Positions 1 to 6,033 of a stretch of 6,033 bases of DNA are shown in pieces. Under the pieces are notes generated by a model. It was not told the DNA's origin, did no database searches, and worked only from the letters and a program-made list of their open reading frames with translations. The translations under genes were made by a program, and so were the position numbers. This stretch comes from Geosiphon pyriformis uo1 (taxonomy: Eukaryota > Fungi > Glomeromycota). The DNA lies in the NCBI GenBank assembly GCA_016748015.1, contig JAAOMT010000131.1, forward strand, positions 1 through 6,033, in the 5' to 3' direction. Every line of letters begins with the position of its first letter. Positions within the stretch are counted from its first letter, which is position 1.

Positions 1-1135
1 AGAGTTTTTACTCTATAATATAATTGTTTCTTTAATAATTATTGTATTGTGCAATATTCATTAAATTATTTTTGTTTTGTTAAATTGACATTATTATTGT
101 TTTATATATTTTAATATTGAATAAAATTTGTTTTATAATTTTAGAGTAAAAATAATTGTAAGTTTTAAAATTGGAAAAAATTAAATATAATTTAATTAAA
201 ACTTAAAATATGTAACAAAAATATTACTTACACATTTTTTGTATATAACCAATAATTTAAACTTATATTAAGCTATATAAATTAAAAAAACTATTTGTTT
301 TTATTTTATTTAAGTATTTAATTTTTTATTTTAAATATATTTATATATTTAGGTTTTAATAATTTTTAAATTAATATTTTATAACTATTAATTATTTATT
401 TTTATTTTTATTATTTAACAAATATAAAAAAAACATTTTTGTTTTATTAATTAAAATTTGAAAATATAATTATTTCTTTTTTTTTTTTCTGTTTCTATAT
501 TTAATAATTTTTTTTAATACAAATCTGTTTGTAACTATAAAACTAATTAGTAGTTTAGTTGAAATTGTAAATACTAAGAAAAAATGAAATAAAATACTGT
601 TTTAGCACAAAAAAAAATTAATATTATCAGAAATTTTTCTATCTTTTTTTTAATATTATTAATACTGTTTTACTATTAATTTTGCTATTAATAAAAGTTA
701 AAAAATTTTTAATAAGCTAATTTTTCTTTCAAAATATTTCTTTATACTTTAAATTATATATATTGTTAAATTTATAATAAAATAATTAATTCTATACCAA
801 TTATTTTGTGTAATTATTTTGTAGTAAAAGTTAATTCTTTTATAAAAAAATCTTATTTGTAAATTTTCTAAATAATATGTAATTATTTTATTATAAAAAT
901 TAATTCTTTTACAAAAATTTTAATTATAAGTTACTTAAATAATATAAAATAAAAATATAAAAATATAAACTAAAGAAAAAAAGAAAAAAATAAATTAAAG
1001 AAAATTATTTCAAATTTAGACTTAAAAATATTAATAATTATTAAAATTAATAACCAATAATTTCAAAATATTAATTTAAAATAAATAAATTCAAAGTAGT
1101 AATAATTAAAAAAAAGAAATATATCTTTCTTTTAT
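1..1135. other. Extremely AT-rich, low-complexity non-coding region
   Basis: No ORF in the supplied track, many A and T homopolymers (e.g. T12 at 477-488), G and C very sparse, and no CpG seen on manual reading. Confidence 0.85.
809..944. repeat. Degenerate tandem duplication, units of 69 bp (809-877) and 67 bp (878-944)
   Basis: Both units begin TGTAATTATTTT, contain TTAATTCTTTTA at the same offset and end TAAATAATA. Manual alignment gives 55/67 identical positions plus one 2-nt indel. Confidence 0.8.
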
Positions 1136-1241
1136 TAATCCTCCAGTTACAATGAAAGTGAGATATTGCTGAAGAAAAAGTTTTTTTCCACTCTCTTTTC
1201 TCTTTATATTTTTAACTATTTCTTCAAACATATTTTTATTC

Positions 1242-3201
1242 ATGAACATAGAACTGACAAGTTCTGTTGCTGACGGCTCTGGATTTATTTTTGCTGGTCT
1301 GGAAATCTGGTCTGATGCAAAAAAAAAGAAGATTAATAGTGTGTACTCTCATAGTGCATCTTACAAGAAGTCTAAGAATCCCAAAGTTGATATCAAAGTA
1401 GTTGATTTGTTTACTAGCCCACTGGGTCTGACCAATATTGGTGACACTAATGGTGAGTTTTCGAAATCTTGGGGCAGTGAAATGGAAAGTAAGGCAAGTA
1501 GCATGAGTGGTCTATCAGACTTAGAGAACATAAAAAATACCATCATTGAAGAAATTAGTTATGCCAACTTGGACACTTCTGTGGTCAATAACATGGAGAA
1601 TGACACTACTTCCAGAAAAACACACACTCATACATATGTGCTTGGTCAACTCCCAAAAACTCCTTTGTTTAATGTTTTAAGCAATAATAATGATATGGTG
1701 GCTTTCCAGTCTCTTAAGTTTGCAGACTCCAAAAAATTACACTCTGTCAGATCACATGTATCAGAAAAGCATAATTTTGATCTTGTTAAGTCATTTGCAT
1801 TGGATATTGGAATTTCTGTCTTGCCTAACAAGACTATTGGTGACAAGTTGATTGCTGTGAAAAAAATCTTCTATTGGGTCGATGGTTTTGGGAGTGCATC
1901 TGCTCCTTTAAAACTCCCAGACATTATTAGATCTTCTTTTATGTCCGAATTAAGTTTGATCAAGACCAAAGAAATGATGATCAGTAAAAAAATTCTGGTA
2001 AATGTTGATATTAGGAAACCAAACAGCCATTTAGATTGAGAAGTAATAGTCAAGAAGATCCAGTGGATCTTTTCAGATCGGTAATTAAATTAGTATTTTC
2101 TAAGTTTGGTCAGGTAATTTCAATTAAGATACAACTGATTGGGCTTTGGCAAAAAGCTTTAGTAAAATTTGAGTCATCAGATGTGGCTAGCTTGATTGCT
2201 TCTAAATAATTAGTTCTTGTAAGTAAAAATTCTGTTCATGTTGTATTGGCGTTAAATAACAGAGAATTGTGAATAGCCAGAAATTATCATTGGGCTTTGT
2301 TGTACACACTTCCAGTTGGCATCACTGCCCATAATTTGTCGGATTTGGTAAATTCTTATGGTAGAAAAACTTGTTTTATTGGCCATAATCCTGGTTCATA
2401 TGTTTGTAATAGATGTGCAGTAATCTGTTTTGATAATGAGACATCTAAATTGGCTGCTATTGGTTTTGTTCCAGTTTATAAGGGTGTTAATTTACACTGG
2501 GCTGGTTTTTCTTTGGCTTGCTGTGCCAAGTGTAAACAATTTGGTCATATTTCTGATGTGTGTTCAGTTGGTAGAAATTTTAGAATTTGTCATAAGTAGA
2601 TAGTGTCTTCCCAAGATCAAGTCTGTTTGGCTAATATTTATAAGAAAAAGCAGATTTCAGTTGTCTGCCCAGTATCTTTTGGTAAAAAAACTTGGGCTCA
2701 AGTTGTGAGTGGCTTTCCTTTTTGTGTGTTCTTGTTGGCTTCTTTTGATGCTGGTTTGCTTTTAAGTACAAAATCCTTAGTAATGGCTTTCAACCCTATT
2801 GATGATTCTGGTTTAGCCAACCATTTGGCTTCTTTGAAGCACTTCTTGGAGCTTTTGTCAGATCAGGTTTTAGATATTTTAAAAAAATTGAGTCTTGTAA
2901 ATTTGATGCTAATGTTATCACTACCTTGTGCTCCCCCCTTCTTGTTGCTTTTCTCTTGGATTTAGCTTTGGATTCAGATATAGTTGTTGATAGTGTGATG
3001 GTGCCCTTTTCTCCTTCTTTTCTATTGGTTAATAAAGCTATCTCTGAATTAAGTCTGAACAGTTCAAAGGTGTTTATCACCAAGATAGATGGTTTGGAAT
3101 CAAAGATGATGGCTCTGGAAGTTTTGGTCAGTTCAGTTTTGGCAAGATTGGACTCTTTGTATTCTAGTTTGGATTTATTAGCTTCTTATTCATCTCAATG
3201 A
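1242..3201 (+). pseudogene. LINE ORF1 (nucleic-acid-binding, gag-like) pseudogene, about 650 codons when reconstructed
   Basis: ATG 1242 is open to TGA 2037, then reads EVIVKKI. A 1-nt frameshift at ~2060 leads into (P)VDLFRSVIKLVFSKFGQVISIKIQLIGLWQKALVKF, which is RRM-like. In-frame stops follow at TAA 2207, TGA 2270 and TAG 2597. The frame passes through LLYTLPVG...RCAVICF and the zinc knuckle. A second frameshift probably lies near the C6 run 2933-2938 and leads into the 2926-3201 frame, ending at TGA 3199-3201. Confidence 0.85.
2522..2563 (+). other. CCHC zinc knuckle coding segment (CAKCKQFGHISDVC)
   Basis: Exact CX2CX4HX4C spacing in the 2297-2599 ORF; typical of non-LTR ORF1 and gag proteins. 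Confidence 0.92.
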
Positions 3202-3890
3202 TCAGTCTAGTTTGGAAAATTGCTATTTGCAATGTTTGGAATATAAATAATCCTACAAAACAGGAGAATATTATTTGTTGGCACAAGAATATAAGCAATT
3301 TGATTTTAATTATTACTGAGACCAAGTTACAGAGTAAGGTTCGTCCATGAATTGCTAATAGATTTGATGGTGTTTGGGTTTTTACTTCTGGTGTGAATTC
3401 TGGTAATTTAGGTTCTGGTATTACCATTATTATGAACATTTCTCTGGCTCATCATGTGTGTAAAATTTCTAAGGTTTTTGATCAGCTCCTTTCTGTTAGA
3501 CTACTTTTTAAAAACAAACTTTCTGTTTTGATTTTGGGGCTCTATGCTGATGCTTCTTTGTCAATTCAGTTCTCCCAAGCTGATAAGATCAACTCTATAA
3601 TTGCTAAAGCTGTAAATGAATCTTTTTTTGTTGTTTTGGGTGGCAACTTCAATAAAAATGGTTCTCATAAGTGTGCCAGTTTCAAAAAATGCTTTAATTT
3701 TGGTTTGGTCAACTTCTTTGGTGGAAGTTTTTTTGTTAAAACTTCTACTTGGGCCAACTCTCATGGTGTGGCTAAAACAATTAACTTTCTGTTTGTTTTT
3801 TCAAACTTAGTTAATGCTGTGGTGGATTGCAATATGTGTGGTATTGGGAAATTCTTTAATACTGATCATTGGGCTGTTTCTGTATCTGTG
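3198..3890 (+). other. APE/EEP-family endonuclease domain (decayed)
   Basis: KIAICNVWNIN matches the (T/S)xNVRG motif (N at 3231). ITETKL matches QET (E at 3318). GSGITII matches GVAI. VVLGGNFN matches GDFN with D->N at 3645. TINFLF matches RIDYIF with D->N at 3783. TDHWAV matches SDH (3861-3869). Confidence 0.9.
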
Positions 3891-4749
3891 GGCTTGGGTG
3901 GGCTTTTGGATGTGCAGTTAAACTCTCTTCACAAACAAGCGAATAGAGATTGGTGGAAGTTTGATTTCAAGGGTGCTGATGTCAATAAGTGAGAAAATTT
4001 TAAAAATGCTATGTTAGTCAATACTAGAATGTTCTCCAATAAGGTTGCTACTACTATCAAGCTCTCAGACCTAGATGCCATATAGAATGTTTTACACAGG
4101 ATTATAATGCTTTCGGCAAATGGGATATTTAGAAAGAAGTGGTTCAAGAATTTTGACAGTGTGTTCACCAAAGTTTCTTCAAGGTTTCACAGGTTGGAAC
4201 TTTTGGTTTCGAAAATTATTAAGGCCTCTCGTGAAGAAAGTAGTGTCAGTTTTGTCTCTCTTATAAAGTGCTGGGACTCTTTGGATGATATCAAAGCCTC
4301 AGTTATTTAGGATCTCATTAACTCTAATACGAATTCTAATTGTGTTCATTTTACTCTCTCTGGTATTAAGAAGTCATATTGTGCATCTAAGCTTGCTAAA
4401 TCTCTGGCAGCTAAGGAAATGAACATTAGATTTGCTATAGATAGAAGAATAAAAAGCTTCAAGATGAATAAGAGTCATACTATTAGGAGTGTTTTGAAGC
4501 ATCCTTTCTGCAAAATGGTTCTGAACCACTTGGTTGTTGATGACGAACTTATTTTAGAGCCCGATTTGGTTAAATTTAAAGTAGACATTATTATGGAAAG
4601 ATGGACCAGAAAGCATGGTGTGATTGCTGATGTTTCTGATGTCTGGTCTTGTCAATATTAACCATTGAATTATGTTTTTGATAAAGTCTTTTCTGGTGTG
4701 ATGCATTCAGTCAAGTTTAATAAACTGCTTGATGTGATTTCTGATCTGC

Positions 4750-5730
4750 CTAATGGCAAAGCTGCTGATCTCTTGAGTATTACAAATGAGCTTTGGAAAC
4801 ATTGTGACAAGTCAATTTTGAATATGCTTTTAGTACTTTTGAACTTGTGTCTTTCTTGCAAATCTGTGCTCAGAGCTTGGAAAGAGACTTGGGTCTTAAT
4901 AATTTCTAAACCACATGAATAGAAGAGTGTTTTTATGAATATCTGTCCTATCACTTTGATCAAAACAGCTCATAAAATTTTCTCCAAGATACTCTCTAAT
5001 AGAATTTCTTTGACATGCAGCACTTTTAGTGTTTTTTGTGAGAACAATTTTTTGGTTTTAAAAGGCATGATGACTCAGTCTTCTATTTTTGCAGTTAGAT
5101 CAGTAGTTGAGAATATGTTGGAAAAAAATCGGAAGCTCTGACTGGTTTTGCAGAATATGCAGAAAGCATATAATTCAGTCAGCTGGGAATATCTTGAGAA
5201 AAGTTTGGTCAGAATCAAGATGTGCAGCAGGTTTATTCAGTTTTTTGGTGATATTTATAGGGATTATACCAACAAGATGATGACAGATTTTGGATTGACA
5301 GATGGTTATCATATACATGATGGTTTGGACCAAGAGGAAATATTCTTTCTTCTTTGTGGCATATATTTTATGATCCTCTGCTATGCAAAGTCAAGAGGCA
5401 GAAAAGTATGTGCAGTTATAGGTTAAATTCTCATTTTATTTCAAGAAATAGTTGTGCTGAGTCCTCGGCTGGGCTCTTTTTTTTTTTTGCTGCTGGTGCT
5501 TTTGTTGATGATACAATTTGGGTTGGCTGTAATTAGGCAGCTACTCAACATATTTTTAATATTGCAAGTGAATTTTTTCGGATAAATAATATTTCTATCA
5601 ATAATAACAAAACAGTGGCCATTCCCATCAATAGCAGAGTCAGTATTTCTTCTCTTTCTATCAATGGCTTGCCAATCTCCATTGCCAAAAAGGGTGAATC
5701 TCATCAATATTTGGGTATTTTTCCATTAAT
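4750..5730 (+). other. Non-LTR reverse transcriptase domain (decayed)
   Basis: In order: LPNGKAADLLSI (KAPGPDG-type), LIISKP (IPK), NICPITLIKTAHKIFSKILSNR (RPIxL..K), LQNMQKAYNSV (DxxKAFD), GLDQEEIF/LWHIFYDPLL (QGxxxSPLL), FVDD at 5501-5512, and YLG at 5708-5716. Confidence 0.93.
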
Positions 5731-6033
5731 TGAAGGTCTATTAAAGCCTAGTTTAGTAAAGATAAATTCGGACGTTCATTTTTTTACCAATCTAGTCTTG
5801 AAAAAAGCTGTTTCAGATAAGCAGTTCTTATATTTGATGTCAGCAGTTTTTTATTCTATAGTTAGTTATAGAACACAATTCAGCTTTGTTCCCATTGGTA
5901 CATGCAACAAGTGGGATGCTTTAATTTGTAAGGGCTTGAAGTTCAAATCCAGTCTACCTCTCAATTTTCTTAGTGATACAATTTATTATCTTTCTTTTTA
6001 TGGTTTGAAGTCTTTTGTTCAGGTTTAGTCTGA

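Larger units (their letters stand above)
1141..6033 (+). mobile_element. Degenerate non-LTR retrotransposon (LINE, APE-type, probably L1/Tx1-like); 5' UTR, ORF1 and ORF2 present, 3' part beyond the window
   Basis: Colinear gag-like ORF1 with CX2CX4HX4C, followed by ORF2 with APE motifs and then RT motifs in canonical order. Composition and complexity shift sharply near 1135-1145. The 5' boundary is approximate, and no TSD can be tested because the 3' end is missing. The clade is inferred from architecture, not from phylogeny. Confidence 0.95.
3198..6033 (+). pseudogene. LINE ORF2 (APE endonuclease + reverse transcriptase) pseudogene, incomplete at the window edge
   Basis: A single frame runs from ATG 3198 (MISLVWKIAICNVWNINN...) to ~5350 with stops at 3348, 3990, 4083, 4308, 4659, 4920 and 5139. 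A 1-nt frameshift at ~5346-5354 lies inside the QG...PLL-type motif. The second frame has stops at 5534 and 6026. The track ORFs starting at 3393, 4107, 4419, 4665, 4935, 5148, 5354 and 5615 are all pieces of it. Confidence 0.95.

Noticed and set aside
593-944. CRISPR-like array suggested by the ~68-bp spacing of short repeats
   Set aside because: Each motif occurs only twice, the sequence is degenerate and low-complexity, there is no repeat/unique-spacer alternation, and no cas genes are present.
1147-1200. Hammerhead ribozyme: TA, then a CAAT/ATTG stem, then CTGAAGA (CUGANGA core at 1169-1175)
   Set aside because: The required downstream stem II-GAAA-stem III is absent, so this is only a half match in A/T-rich sequence.
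2058-5354. Programmed ribosomal frameshifts at ~2060, ~2935 and ~5350
   Set aside because: Two fall inside conserved motifs, all are at short homopolymer or pyrimidine runs, and they accompany many stops. They are more simply explained as slippage indels or sequencing errors.
1361-5707. Minus-strand ORFs (1361-1546, 1646-1846, 1871-2053, 2796-3083, 3164-3439, 3561-3764, 3929-4171, 4670-4963, 5441-5707) and the off-frame + ORF 3616-3810
   Set aside because: All are short, have no recognisable motifs and overlap frames already explained by ORF1/ORF2. They are best read as shadow ORFs.
4750-5730. Prokaryotic RT system (retron, group II intron, DGR, defence RT) or LTR retrotransposon
   Set aside because: An N-terminal APE domain and an upstream CCHC ORF1 are diagnostic of a eukaryotic LINE. 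No protease, integrase or LTR was seen.
2037-6028. Alternative genetic code (TGA=Trp or TAR=Gln) making the ORFs intact
   Set aside because: All three stop codons occur, apparent Trp positions show TGA, TAG and TAA alike, TGG is used normally, and three frameshifts plus catalytic D->N changes remain.
3198-6028. Rescue of stops and D->N changes by A-to-I mRNA editing, as known for premature-stop genes in Sordariomycetes
   Set aside because: Editing cannot repair frameshifts or sense-strand C->T damage (RPI->CPI, IPK->ISK, probable Gln->stop). Mutational decay is the simpler explanation.

Overview
The window has two parts. Bases 1-~1135 are extremely AT-rich, low-complexity non-coding DNA with a degenerate ~68-bp tandem duplication. 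From ~1140 to the right edge lies a decayed two-ORF non-LTR retrotransposon (LINE, apurinic-endonuclease type, probably L1/Tx1-like) on the + strand. The many short + strand ORFs in the track are fragments of just two ancestral reading frames. ORF1 (1242-3201) is gag-like, with RRM-like segments, one CCHC knuckle and C-terminal coiled-coil segments; it carries 4 premature stops and 2 frameshifts. ORF2 (3198->6033) encodes APE endonuclease plus reverse transcriptase with an FVDD motif; it carries 9 premature stops and 1 frameshift and runs off the window. The two ORFs overlap at an ATGA start/stop tetranucleotide. The decay looks dominated by C:G->T:A transitions on both strands, in CpG and also non-CpG contexts, which resembles RIP-like hypermutation. 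The sequence looks eukaryotic; from memory it resembles repeats of Glomeromycotina fungi such as Geosiphon, which I have not verified. No intact gene, RNA gene or CRISPR array was seen.
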